DNA of 64,000 bases from Gammaproteobacteria bacterium (GTDB lineage Bacteria; Pseudomonadota; Gammaproteobacteria; Arenicellales; Poriferihabitantaceae), in NCBI GenBank assembly GCA_047639475.1, contig JBLIOD010000004.1:14159-78158 (forward strand). Direction: 5' to 3'. Positions 19,894-29,953 of this stretch are shown here, one piece after another (position 1 is the first letter of the stretch; each line of letters begins with the position of its first letter). The position numbers and the translations under genes are program-made. A model generated the notes under the pieces. The model was not told the DNA's origin. It searched no databases and saw nothing but the letters and a program-made list of their open reading frames with translations.

Positions 19894-22005
19894 GTGAAAG
19901 AGATAGTTAAAAAGTTTCAGTACGGTGAACATGAGTTCACGTTGAAGGGTGGCAAAATTGCCAAGCAAGCCAACGGCGCAGTGATTGCGAGCCTTGGTGA
20001 TACAATGGTGATGGTTACTATTGTTGCGCGTCAAGACAGCATTGAACGCGATTTTTTCCCATTAACAGTAGATTACGAAGAACGCTTCTACGCTGCAGGT
20101 AAAATACCTGGCGGTTTCTTTAAGCGTGAAGGACGCCCTTCAGAAAAGGCAATTTTAACTTGCCGTTTGATGGATCGCCCAATCCGCCCATTATTCCCTA
20201 AAGACTTCAAACAAGAAGTTCAGATCGTGGTGACGGTTTTATCGGTTGATCCCCAGATTGATCCAGATATCGTTTCTTTGGTGGGTGCATCAGCAGCGAT
20301 TGAAATCTCAGGGTTACCATTTAATGGCCCAATGAGTGCAGCGCGTGTTGGTTATGTGAACGGCGAATACGTACTTAACCCAAGCCAAGCAGTGCTTAAA
20401 GAAGACTCTCAGCTAGATTTAGTGGTTGCGGGTACTGAACAAGCGGTATTGATGGTTGAGTCAGAAGCACAAATGTTGTCTGAAGAGACGATGCTTGGTG
20501 CGGTTATGTATGGCCACCAGCAACTGCAAACAGCCATTACTGCTGTTAAAGAATTTGGCGCTGAGTTTGATATTACGCCAAGCACTTGGACAGCTCCTGA
20601 AAAAGACGAAACTACTTTTGAGGCGGTTAGCGCAGCAGTAGGCGTTGATTTAACAGCGGCATATCAGGTGGCTGAGAAAATGGATCGCTACGCAGCGATT
20701 GGTGAAGCAAAAACTAAAATGCTTGCAGCGTTAGTAAACGATGACAGTGCAGACGGTTATGAAGGCAAATGTAAAGATGCGTTCAAGAAACTTGAAAAGC
20801 AAACTGTTCGTGGTCGCATCATTGCGGGTGAGCCACGTATAGATGGGCGTGATACCAGCACAGTACGTCCTATTACTGTTGAAACGGGCATTTTGCCACG
20901 TACTCACGGTTCTGCTTTGTTTACACGTGGTGAGACGCAAGCTATTGTTGTGACTACATTAGGTACTGACCGTGACTCACAACGTATAGAAGCACTAGAA
21001 GGCGAGTACAAGGCTCCATTTATGTTGCACTATAACTTCCCTCCTTACTGTGTTGGTGAGACGGGTCGCGTAGGTTCACCTAAGCGTCGCGAAATCGGTC
21101 ATGGGCGTTTAGCTTATCGCGGTATAGCAGCCGCTTTGCCTGATATGGACGAGTACCCATACACCATCCGCGTGGTCTCAGAAATTACTGAATCAAACGG
21201 CTCTAGCTCTATGGCTTCAGTTTGCGGCACAAGCTTAGCGCTAATGGATGCCGGTGTTCAAATGAAGGCGCCTGTTGCAGGCGTGGCCATGGGTTTGATT
21301 AAAGAAGGTGAAGATTACGCAGTACTGTCTGATATCTTGGGTGATGAAGATCACTTGGGCGATATGGACTTTAAAGTGGCCGGAACTGAAGACGGTATCA
21401 CTGCATTGCAGATGGATATCAAAATCGACGGCATTACTGAAGAAATCATGCAAAAAGCCTTGGCTCAAGCTAAAGACGGACGTTTGTTCATCTTGGGCGA
21501 GATGGGCAAGGTTATCTCATCAGCTCGTGAAGAAATGTCTGATTACGCGCCGCGTATTTTGACCATGAAAATTCACACTGACAAGATTCGTGACGTTATC
21601 GGAAAAGGCGGAGCGGTTATCCGTTCTATCTCTGAAGAAACCGGCGCGACGATCGATATCGATGATGACGGTACCATCAAAATTGCTTCTAGTGATAACG
21701 AAGGTAGCCAAGCGGCTATTCGTCGTATTGAGCAGATTACCGCTGATGTTGAACCTAATATGGTTTACGAAGGCAAAGTAGTTCGTTTGATGGATTTTGG
21801 TGCATTCGTCAATATCTTACCTGGGCGCGATGGTTTAGTGCACATCTCTCAAATCTCTCATGAACGTGTTAACACAGTAAGCGATGAGCTATCTGAAGGC
21901 GATACGGTTAAAGTGAAGGTTTTGGAAGTAGACAAGCAAGGTCGTATTCGCTTGAGCATGAAAGCCTTAATTGAATCTGATGCAGATACTGCATCTGACG
22001 CATAA
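19894..22005 (+). CDS. pnp: Polyribonucleotide nucleotidyltransferase (PNPase)
   Basis: GTG start, 703 aa. The N-terminus (V)[12 protein letters not shown] aligns with E. coli MLNPIVRKFQYGQH. It has two RNase PH domains ([27 protein letters not shown]) and the KH and S1 domains. Confidence 0.97.
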   Translation: MKEIVKKFQYGEHEFTLKGGKIAKQANGAVIASLGDTMVMVTIVARQDSIERDFFPLTVDYEERFYAAGKIPGGFFKREGRPSEKAILTCRLMDRPIRPLFPKDFKQEVQIVVTVLSVDPQIDPDIVSLVGASAAIEISGLPFNGPMSAARVGYVNGEYVLNPSQAVLKEDSQLDLVVAGTEQAVLMVESEAQMLSEETMLGAVMYGHQQLQTAITAVKEFGAEFDITPSTWTAPEKDETTFEAVSAAVGVDLTAAYQVAEKMDRYAAIGEAKTKMLAALVNDDSADGYEGKCKDAFKKLEKQTVRGRIIAGEPRIDGRDTSTVRPITVETGILPRTHGSALFTRGETQAIVVTTLGTDRDSQRIEALEGEYKAPFMLHYNFPPYCVGETGRVGSPKRREIGHGRLAYRGIAAALPDMDEYPYTIRVVSEITESNGSSSMASVCGTSLALMDAGVQMKAPVAGVAMGLIKEGEDYAVLSDILGDEDHLGDMDFKVAGTEDGITALQMDIKIDGITEEIMQKALAQAKDGRLFILGEMGKVISSAREEMSDYAPRILTMKIHTDKIRDVIGKGGAVIRSISEETGATIDIDDDGTIKIASSDNEGSQAAIRRIEQITADVEPNMVYEGKVVRLMDFGAFVNILPGRDGLVHISQISHERVNTVSDELSEGDTVKVKVLEVDKQGRIRLSMKALIESDADTASDA

Positions 22006-22028
22006 CCTCTTATTCTGGAAATACTGAT

Positions 22029-22280
22029 ATGGTAACCATTAGACTAGCACGTGGCGGTTCAAAGAAGCGTCCATTTTACTCAATCACAGTAGCCGATCAG
22101 CGCTTTGCGCCGACTAAACGTTTTATCGAGCGCATCGGGTTTTTCAATCCAAGTGCACGGGGCAACGAAGAAAAACTACGCGTGGATTTAGAGCGAGCAA
22201 ACCACTGGATGACCAATGGCGCGCAACCTTCAGATCGCGTTGCGGATTTGATCAAGCAAGCTACAAAAGCGGCTGCGTAA
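22029..22280 (+). CDS. rpsP: 30S ribosomal protein S16
   Basis: [32 protein letters not shown]. Confidence 0.97.
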   Translation: MVTIRLARGGSKKRPFYSITVADQRFAPTKRFIERIGFFNPSARGNEEKLRVDLERANHWMTNGAQPSDRVADLIKQATKAAA

Positions 22281-22344
22281 CTGCCTTATAAAGCTGTATC
22301 GACTCAGCGTTAGCTCTGTCGATGCAGTTCTTAAAGTGTAATAG

Positions 22345-22872
22345 GTGATGCATTTGACTAACTCAATTGAATCGAACCAAATAACACTAGGCAAAATACA
22401 AGGCCCTCAGGGGCTTAAAGGCTGGGTTAAAGTATATTCGTATACCAGGCCGGCTGAAAATATATTCACTTACGGTCATTGGCAATTGCTAAGTAAAGTA
22501 AGTGAAAAGGTCGAAATAGAACAATTTGCAGCAAATGGCAGCAAGCTTAGCGTTAAATTAGCTAAGGTGGATGATCGAAATGCCGCAGAGCTTTTGAAAA
22601 ATGCGACGATCGTAGTTGATCAAACGCAGTTAGAACCTTTGCAAAGCGAAGAGTTTTATTGGCACCAATTAGTGGGTTTGAAAGTAGTAGATTCGAATGA
22701 ACACTTATTGGGCACAGTAAAAGAATTGATAGAAACTGGCGCAAATGATGTGTTGGTGATTGAAGGTGAAAAGGGCAATGCCTTAAAGGCTATCCCTTGG
22801 GTACCTGACGTTATTAAGAAAACTGACCTCGAAGCGGGTGTTATTTCCGTAGATTGGCAGTTTGATGATTAA
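22345..22872 (+). CDS. rimM: Ribosome maturation factor RimM
   Basis: 175 aa. G.I.GP.GLKGWVKV.S.T and the PRC-barrel C-terminus. It sits in the rpsP-rimM-trmD-rplS order. The start is GTG 22345 or ATG 22348. Confidence 0.9.
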   Translation: MMHLTNSIESNQITLGKIQGPQGLKGWVKVYSYTRPAENIFTYGHWQLLSKVSEKVEIEQFAANGSKLSVKLAKVDDRNAAELLKNATIVVDQTQLEPLQSEEFYWHQLVGLKVVDSNEHLLGTVKELIETGANDVLVIEGEKGNALKAIPWVPDVIKKTDLEAGVISVDWQFDD

Positions 22873-22887
22873 TTTAAACGATTGATG

Positions 22888-23580
22888 ATGAATATCGATA
22901 TCGTTTCCATAATGCCTCAGATGTTTGAGGCCTTGAATTATGGAATGATAAAACGAGCAATTGATCACCAAGCTTTAAATATTGAGCTTTGGAATCCAAG
23001 AGATTTCACGCAAGATGTTCATCGTACTGTGGACGATCGACCGTATGGTGGTGGCCCTGGAATGGTGATGATGGCGCCGCCTTTGAGTGCAACATTAGAT
23101 GCAATCAAAGAACAGCAAAGGCAGCAGGGCAACGTTGCCCCAGTAGTGTTTTTAACACCACAAGGTAAACGTTTAGAGCAAGCGGATGTTAAAGAATTTG
23201 CTCGGTTACCTGCATTAACTTTACTGGCAGGGCGTTATGAAGGTGTCGATGAAAGATTAGTTCGTAGTCGAGTAGATATAGAAGTCTCGATTGGCGATTA
23301 TGTTTTAGCAGGAGGTGAATTTCCTGCGATGGTGTTAATAGATGCGGTTTCGCGTTTGTTACCAGATGTTTTAGGTAACGCAGAGTCGATTGTGACTGAG
23401 TCATTTGAAGAAGATGGTTTAGATTACCCACAATATACGCGACCGAATGTATTTAACGGTGAAGCAGTACCCGATGTATTGTTGAGCGGTAACCATCAAA
23501 AAATAGCAAGCTGGCGTAAGCAGCAAGCAGCAGATCGCACCAAACAACGGCGGCCTGATTTATTAGATGCCTCTACATAA
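22888..23580 (+). CDS. trmD: tRNA (guanine37-N1)-methyltransferase
   Basis: MNIDIVSIMPQMF aligns with E. coli MWIGIISLFPEMF. Also present are DDRPYGGGPGMVM and RYEG.DER. Alternative in-frame starts are at 22882 and 22885. Confidence 0.95.
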   Translation: MNIDIVSIMPQMFEALNYGMIKRAIDHQALNIELWNPRDFTQDVHRTVDDRPYGGGPGMVMMAPPLSATLDAIKEQQRQQGNVAPVVFLTPQGKRLEQADVKEFARLPALTLLAGRYEGVDERLVRSRVDIEVSIGDYVLAGGEFPAMVLIDAVSRLLPDVLGNAESIVTESFEEDGLDYPQYTRPNVFNGEAVPDVLLSGNHQKIASWRKQQAADRTKQRRPDLLDAST

Positions 23581-23641
23581 TGTAGCGGTGACTTAAATTA
23601 AGCCAAATGAATTTTTAGTAAATTGAAATAGAGAAACGGTT

Positions 23642-23986
23642 ATGACAACCATTATTGATGAAATTAACGCAGAGCAAATTAAAACTGATTTACCTGCGTT
23701 TGCACCTGGTGACACAGTAAAAGTAAGCGTACTGATTCGTGAAGGCGATCGTCAGCGTACTCAGGCATATGAAGGTGTGGTTATTGCGAAGAAAAATCGC
23801 GGTATCAACTCTTCCTTTACCGTTCGCAAGATGTCATCTGGCGAAGGCGTAGAGCGTGTATTCCAAACGCATAGCCCATTGGTTCAAGAAGTTGAAGTAA
23901 AGCGTCGTGGTGATGTACGTCGCGCGAAGCTATACTACTTGCGTGATCGCACGGGTAAATCAGCACGTATTAAAGAAAAGGTATAG
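23642..23986 (+). CDS. rplS: 50S ribosomal protein L19
   Basis: 114 aa. F.PGDTV.V.V.I.EG.R.R.Q.YEGVVIA...RG..S.FTVRK...[11 protein letters not shown]. Confidence 0.97.
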   Translation: MTTIIDEINAEQIKTDLPAFAPGDTVKVSVLIREGDRQRTQAYEGVVIAKKNRGINSSFTVRKMSSGEGVERVFQTHSPLVQEVEVKRRGDVRRAKLYYLRDRTGKSARIKEKV

Positions 23987-24048
23987 GCCACGTTGGGCCG
24001 CATTGGCGTATTTATTCGAACTAAGTACGCCACTTAGAACCTAATCGG

Positions 24049-25914
24049 GTGGACATGATGCCTCGGTTGTTTTCTATACCAAGTAAGTTCAGGCGCTATT
24101 TAGTTGCCTCTGTTGCCATGGCAATTGGGTTAGCTTCAGCGCCTGTTTTTGTTTCTGCACAATCTACAGAAGCACCTACTTCCATAATACTGCCTGCGGA
24201 CCAGCAAGCGTTGAATACGCTATCAAGGGTGCGAGCGCTGGTCAAAGCAGGTGTTCCAAACTTGGCTTTAAGTCAACTACAGCAAGGGCAATCTATTACG
24301 TTTGTCAATGAAACATGGAAAGCGTGGCATCAACAAAAATGGAGTTTATTCGAACAACTGGAAGATTACGAAGGATTGGCTAAAGATATCCAAGCTTTGC
24401 CACCAGCGATTGCTAAGCAAGCGACTCACTTTATTCTTCCTTACACCGCTTTAGCGCAAATATATTTGGGTCAAACCACCCAAGCAGGTAGAACGCTGCA
24501 ATCTGTTATTTCTGACCCTTTGACATCAACAGAAGAGCGTAAGCGTGCCAGGCGGTTTATGATTCAATTACACGTAAAGCAGGGTGATTATTTCAACGCC
24601 CAAGTAGATGCCGGGCGTTATCATGCCGAATTTCAACCGCAAGAAACTGACTGGTTTATTGAGCGTGCAATCATTGAGTTCTTGGCTGGAAGAGGTGAAC
24701 TAGCAGTACAGATACTGGCTCCAATTAACGCAATCAATGCCAAGTTGTTGCAAACGTTCTTTCGTTACCGTGTGGGCAAGATAAATCGGGTAGAGGTGAA
24801 TTTAAGCTTGCGTACCCAACTTCAACGAAAGCGAATAACCAGAGGGCAGATTAAGTTCGCTCATGCTATCGGCGCTAATGTTGCCAAATTGGGTCAGTCA
24901 TCAGAACGCATTTTATTAGAGGTTGCCCACTTAGAAAAATATTACTTAACGGATGCGGTAGATTTATACCCTAAAATTATTTCTTTTGACGATGGGCTGT
25001 TAAATAGCACTTATCTCAAACTGGGTGAAACTTTGATCAATGAGGCTGGACTGATCGGTTCTAGTATGGGGCAATGGTATTCCTTGGCGAAACAATTAGA
25101 AGGTTCCGGTAAGTTGTTACAAGCAAAAGCACTTTACTCGCAAGTATTTCAAGATAAAAGTAATCCTGTGCTGAGAAGTGCGGCGTTGAATCATTTTGTG
25201 GAAATTTTGTTGCAAGGAGAAAACCTATCGATACTTAAGCATTTATTCGCGGACTCAGATCAATCTATCGGCAACCTTAAAGGGTTGAACAGTGCGAGCA
25301 GTGCTCGCATCTTGAATTATGCTTTAGAACAAAGCGATGCTGATTTGATCGCCCTTATAGCGCCGCATCTTGGCAACGCTCCGCCCTCGGTGAAGTTGGA
25401 AGATTGGTTATTGCAAAAAGCTAGAATTGATATTTTTTCGGGGCGATTTTCTCAGGGCAAAGACAAACTTATTGAGTGGATAGACGCCTACCCTGTATTG
25501 ACAGGAGAACAAGTCGACAAAATACTGCAGCCAGTTTACGATTTACAAGCAGCTAACGAAAATGTCCTTAGCTTAGAATTATTCGATTTCATTTCAAGTA
25601 AAACTCAGTCTAAGCGCCATAAGCGTGAAATTCTATTTTGGAAAGCCCAATCGTACGACAGCATGGGAGCGCGCCTTAAGGCGGCTGCATTGTACTTAGA
25701 ATCAGCCTTGGTTCAGAACAATGGCTTTGATGAGTGGGGACAGTCTGCACGTTACCACGCAGCTTCGACATTAATGGAAGCCGCGTATTACGAAGACGCA
25801 AAACGCTTATTTGGAGGCTTGCTACTCGCGACTAAAGACAGTGCTCGGCTAACGACAATCAAACAATCATTACAACGGCTGTGGTTGCTGAAAAATAGTG
25901 TTCAAGGTGGCTAA
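24049..25914 (+). CDS. Secreted all-helical (TPR-like) protein of unknown function
   Basis: 621 aa ORF with a signal-peptide-like N-terminus (RRYLVASVAMAIGLASAPVFVSAQS). It has helical-repeat character throughout and no motif I recognise. The start may be GTG 24049 or ATG 24055/24058. Confidence 0.5.
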   Translation: MDMMPRLFSIPSKFRRYLVASVAMAIGLASAPVFVSAQSTEAPTSIILPADQQALNTLSRVRALVKAGVPNLALSQLQQGQSITFVNETWKAWHQQKWSLFEQLEDYEGLAKDIQALPPAIAKQATHFILPYTALAQIYLGQTTQAGRTLQSVISDPLTSTEERKRARRFMIQLHVKQGDYFNAQVDAGRYHAEFQPQETDWFIERAIIEFLAGRGELAVQILAPINAINAKLLQTFFRYRVGKINRVEVNLSLRTQLQRKRITRGQIKFAHAIGANVAKLGQSSERILLEVAHLEKYYLTDAVDLYPKIISFDDGLLNSTYLKLGETLINEAGLIGSSMGQWYSLAKQLEGSGKLLQAKALYSQVFQDKSNPVLRSAALNHFVEILLQGENLSILKHLFADSDQSIGNLKGLNSASSARILNYALEQSDADLIALIAPHLGNAPPSVKLEDWLLQKARIDIFSGRFSQGKDKLIEWIDAYPVLTGEQVDKILQPVYDLQAANENVLSLELFDFISSKTQSKRHKREILFWKAQSYDSMGARLKAAALYLESALVQNNGFDEWGQSARYHAASTLMEAAYYEDAKRLFGGLLLATKDSARLTTIKQSLQRLWLLKNSVQGG

Positions 25915-25988
25915 GTATTAGTCAATCAACTGAAACAACAGGCCTTGTTTCGGGCGATCAACAGCTGATTGATCGTTTTCTAGATGCT

Positions 25989-26834
25989 GTGTGGTTGGAA
26001 TCAGGCTTGAGTCAGAACTCTTTAGCGGCATACCGCAACGACCTCACTATCGCTAGCCGTTATTTTCTTAAAAACAGCGTAGTCCTAGGAAAGGCCAATA
26101 GAATTAATCTGCAGTCATTTTTAGCGACAAGGAATCAAACTGTTTCCGCTAGAAGCGGTGCGAGAACGTTATCTTCGTTAAGACGCTTTTACCGTTGGCT
26201 GCTACGCGAAGGCCAAATAGTGGTTGATCCCACTGCACATATTGAGCCACCCACGATAGGTCGATTTTTGCCCAAGACGTTGTCAGAAAGCGATGTTGAG
26301 GCTTTACTTGCGTCTCCTGGCCACACGGACTTGGGAGCACGCGACCGAGCGATGTTAGAACTATTGTATGCTTCTGGTTTGCGCGTATCTGAATTGATAC
26401 ATTTGGAAATGGGACAAATAAATACCGAGTTAGGTGTCATCAAGGTATTGGGCAAAGGAAATAAAGAAAGATTGGTGCCCGTTGGAGAGATTGCTTTAGA
26501 TTGTATTAAATCCTATTTAAGTCAATCTAGGAATGAAATCTGTCCGCAAACGCGCAGTGCCGCTTTATTTATTACCAAACGAGGCTTGGCAATGAGCCGG
26601 CAAGCATTTTGGCAAATCATAAAACGCTATGCCAAAAAAGCGGGCATTAGCAGCGAGGTTTCACCTCATACTTTACGCCATGCGTTTGCTACTCATTTGT
26701 TAAATCATGGTGCAGATCTAAGAACTTTGCAAATGATGTTAGGCCACGCTGATTTATCGACTACTCAAATTTATACCCATGTGGCTAAAGCAAGATTGCA
26801 ATCTTTACACAAACAACATCATCCACGTGCTTAG
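25989..26834 (+). CDS. xerD: Site-specific tyrosine recombinase XerD
   Basis: It is collinear with E. coli XerD to the C-terminus (LRHAFATHLLNHGADLR..Q..LGH.DLSTTQIYTHVA...L..LH.QHHPRA). Conserved N-terminal residues (IDRFLDA) continue upstream of this first canonical start (see findings). Confidence 0.92.
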   Translation: MWLESGLSQNSLAAYRNDLTIASRYFLKNSVVLGKANRINLQSFLATRNQTVSARSGARTLSSLRRFYRWLLREGQIVVDPTAHIEPPTIGRFLPKTLSESDVEALLASPGHTDLGARDRAMLELLYASGLRVSELIHLEMGQINTELGVIKVLGKGNKERLVPVGEIALDCIKSYLSQSRNEICPQTRSAALFITKRGLAMSRQAFWQIIKRYAKKAGISSEVSPHTLRHAFATHLLNHGADLRTLQMMLGHADLSTTQIYTHVAKARLQSLHKQHHPRA

Positions 26835-28685
26835 ATGAGTACTGAGATAAGCGGAGTAACTAGTATACGGGGATATAAACCGTATCTTTTAATGCTATTT
26901 TTAAATGCTTTTGTCGACCTTGGTCACAAAATCATCATTCAAAACACGGTGTTCAAAATATACGACGGCCAGACTCAAGTTATTTTGATTGCTGTTGTGA
27001 ACGCAACGATACTTTTGCCCTATGTGCTGTTGTTTACGCCTGCCGCCTTCTTGTCTGATCGCTTTCAATTCATAAAAGTGATGCGCTTTAGTGCTTGGCT
27101 AGCCACTGGTATTACCTGCTGCATTTGTTTTTTTTATTATACGGGAAGATATCAAGCTGCCTTTTTGATGACATTGGTGCTGGCAGTTCAGAGCGCTCTA
27201 TATTCACCAGCAAAATACGGCTACATCAGACAATTGGTTGGGGCCAATCGTTTAACCGAAGGCAACGCGTTGGTGCAAGCCACCACGATTATCTCGATTC
27301 TCTTAGGTACCCTTATTTTTTCGATATTGTTCGAGAAACTTCTTTCAGGCCATGTTTACCAAAATGAAAGCGAGATATTACAACTTATCGCTCCCGCAGC
27401 ATGGTTGCTGATTATTAGTTCCGTTGCAGAATTAATCAGTGCTTATCGATTGCCAGAAGATGAACCCAAGGAGGTGGGGGCCGCATTTAGTTGGTTGGCT
27501 TATTTTCGTGGCCACGCACTGAAAGATAACTTAGCACAAGTTACTGGTAACAAGGCAATATGGGGCAGTGTCGCTGGCTTGAGTGCCTTTTGGGGCGTAT
27601 CGCAGATGATATTGGCTTCTTTCCCCGCTTATGCAAAAGTCCACTTAGGTGAACTTAACACGGTTGTGATACAGGGCATTATTGGTGGTTCAGGCGTTGG
27701 TATTCTGGTTGGTTCCCTGTTCGTTAATCGCTTCTCGAAAGGCAGGATAGAAAAGGGGTTTATACCGCTAGGGGCGGTAGGTCTCGCGCTGGCGCTGTTA
27801 CTGATTCCTTTGTTAAGTAGTAAAATGGCATTGCTAGGTGCTTTCTTTTTAGTTGGATTGTTTGGTGCCTTTCTCATTGCACCGCTTAATGCGCTTATTC
27901 AGTTTAATGCCGATACCGCCAAACTAGGTACGGTAATAGCAGCGAACAATTGGCTGCAGAACTGCTGTATGTTGAGTTTTTTAGGGGTAACCATATTGAT
28001 TGCGTTGACCGGTTTAGACAGTATATGGCTACTCTATTTTGTGGTGGCAGTGGCGTCTGTCAGCGCTATTTATAGTGTGAAAGTGCTATTAAGACCGTTT
28101 CTGCAACTATTCTTAGTTTTGATGTTCAAGATGAGGTACAAAGTTGAAGTGTGTAACAAGCAATACGTACCAACTGACGGATGCGCTTTATTGTTAAGTA
28201 ACCATATTAGCTGGGTTGATTGGGCTTTTGTGCAAATGGCCATACCCCGTCAACCGGTACGATTTGTTATAGATAGATTATTTTATGATTTTTGGTTACT
28301 AAATTGGCCGCTTAAAGAAATTGGGACTGTTCCTATCTCTGTTACTAAAAATCGTCTATCGATCAAAGAAATTAATCAAGCGCTGAAACAACAGCGTGTC
28401 ATCTGTCTGTTTCCTGAGGGGGGCATTAGTCAGGATGGCTCGTTGCAAGCGCTTAAGCGTGGCTTCGAGCTCAGTTTGAAAAATTCTGGCGCAGCGGCAG
28501 TGCCGGTGTATATATCGGGCATGCAGGGTAGTTTATTTACTCGCAATAAACCGTCGGTGTTTCCTTTGAAAAAATGGGTTAACAGAAGGAAGGTCGAAGT
28601 GCATTTCTCTCAGCATTTAGGCGACAATGCTACTGTAGGAGAGGTTGAAACAGTTCTCAAAAATTTTGAAACCATTTCAAATTAG
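26835..28685 (+). CDS. Fusion protein: LplT-like MFS lysophospholipid transporter plus PlsC-type acyltransferase domain
   Basis: The N-terminal ~430 aa resemble E. coli LplT (YSPAKYGYI, APLNALIQF). The C-terminal ~180 aa carry acyltransferase motifs NHISWVDW (HX4D) and FPEGGIS. Confidence 0.8.
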   Translation: MSTEISGVTSIRGYKPYLLMLFLNAFVDLGHKIIIQNTVFKIYDGQTQVILIAVVNATILLPYVLLFTPAAFLSDRFQFIKVMRFSAWLATGITCCICFFYYTGRYQAAFLMTLVLAVQSALYSPAKYGYIRQLVGANRLTEGNALVQATTIISILLGTLIFSILFEKLLSGHVYQNESEILQLIAPAAWLLIISSVAELISAYRLPEDEPKEVGAAFSWLAYFRGHALKDNLAQVTGNKAIWGSVAGLSAFWGVSQMILASFPAYAKVHLGELNTVVIQGIIGGSGVGILVGSLFVNRFSKGRIEKGFIPLGAVGLALALLLIPLLSSKMALLGAFFLVGLFGAFLIAPLNALIQFNADTAKLGTVIAANNWLQNCCMLSFLGVTILIALTGLDSIWLLYFVVAVASVSAIYSVKVLLRPFLQLFLVLMFKMRYKVEVCNKQYVPTDGCALLLSNHISWVDWAFVQMAIPRQPVRFVIDRLFYDFWLLNWPLKEIGTVPISVTKNRLSIKEINQALKQQRVICLFPEGGISQDGSLQALKRGFELSLKNSGAAAVPVYISGMQGSLFTRNKPSVFPLKKWVNRRKVEVHFSQHLGDNATVGEVETVLKNFETISN

Positions 28686-28704
28686 CAATTTAGGTGTGAC
28701 AAGG

Positions 28705-29256
28705 CTAGCTACAAGCTAGTACTCGTTGTTCTTTGGCCAGACGGCCTTGATTGCTTAATTTAATAGTATCAATCTTTCTAGTTGTGCTATCACTGGCGCA
28801 GATTCTAAAATTGCCACTGGTACGGATTAGGCCATCTGGATCTATTTTGACTGACTTTGCCCGACCAGCTGCATTTAGGGTCACGTTAATGTTTAAAGGT
28901 TTAGCCGGTTGATAACGTGTAATAAGGGTATCAGCTATGTCGTATCGTCGATTGCTATTTTTGTCTAAATAGCTCATCCAACCTTGGTGCCAATGCCTAG
29001 ATTTAAGGCAAATCATGCCATCTTCACTGGGACATATATAAGCAACGGAGTAGTTTGCTTTGGCATTAATTCTAGCTTCTATAATGTGTTGCATTAGCCG
29101 CTCCTGGGTTGCGGTTATAGTGGTGCGTGACACCATAGCCATCCCGCTTGGTATGCCCGAGACAAGAATGAGGCTTAATATAACCAGCGCCAATAGGCAC
29201 TCTATTAATGTCATGCCGCTTTTAGGGCATAAAGCGTTTTTTTGTAATACATCCAT
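28705..29256 (-). CDS. GspH/FimT-family minor (pseudo)pilin
   Basis: It has a prepilin leader and cleavage/methylation motif KSG/MTLIECLLALVILSL, with Glu at +5, then a FimT/GspH-like body. No other pilus or T2SS genes are nearby. Confidence 0.72.
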   Translation of the reverse strand: MDVLQKNALCPKSGMTLIECLLALVILSLILVSGIPSGMAMVSRTTITATQERLMQHIIEARINAKANYSVAYICPSEDGMICLKSRHWHQGWMSYLDKNSNRRYDIADTLITRYQPAKPLNINVTLNAAGRAKSVKIDPDGLIRTSGNFRICASDSTTRKIDTIKLSNQGRLAKEQRVLACS

Positions 29257-29683
29257 GTCATTCGGTGTTCTTCCTTAACGTTCAATGAGTTTGCCGTAGT
29301 AGATCAATGATTAAAGTGACAAAAAGCACGTTAAGCTATAATTATTAGTCAAAAGGCCGATAAAAATTGATAAAAGGTTGAAATAATAAACTAACGATAG
29401 TACATTATAAATTTGATTGCGGGACAGACAAGTGAAAGGCAATCAACGGTTTTAAGGAGAGTGGTGATAGACAATTTTGTGGACGGGGTGTCTATGTAAA
29501 GGGTCTAATAAAAACTTGCTACTCTTCTTTTTCTATTTCTCAAATTCATCTTGTATCTAGTTGGAACACGTATTGTTCCTATTGGCAATATGAGTTGGCT
29601 TGTAACCGATTATTAATTGTCATAATCCGACATAGAGAGCGTAAGCTCAAACACTGAATAATAATTAACGTTAGGAATTTATC

Positions 29684-29953
29684 ATGGCAGCAAAAGGGGC
29701 TCAATTGCAGGACCCATTTCTAAATATACTGAGAAAGGAACGCATCCCAGTTTCGATATTCTTGGTGAACGGCATTAAATTACAAGGACAGATTGATTCA
29801 TTTGACCAATTCGTTATTTTGTTAAAAAATAGCGTAAACCAAATGATATATAAGCACGCTATATCGACCATCGTTCCAGTGAAGTCCGTCAGTATTCCAC
29901 ACGATGGAAATGGTGAGCCAACCATTGAAGAAGGCAAACAGCCCAATTACTAG
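29684..29953 (+). CDS. hfq: RNA chaperone Hfq
   Basis: [54 protein letters not shown]. Confidence 0.97.
   Translation: MAAKGAQLQDPFLNILRKERIPVSIFLVNGIKLQGQIDSFDQFVILLKNSVNQMIYKHAISTIVPVKSVSIPHDGNGEPTIEEGKQPNY

Noticed and set aside
29454-29499. A mini-ORF with a good SD in the hfq upstream spacer (aaggaga then GTG VIDNFVDGVSM*).
   Set aside because: It is only 12 codons, there is no spacer between the SD and the GTG, and I cannot assess conservation. It could equally be part of the atagaca/tgtctat hairpin.
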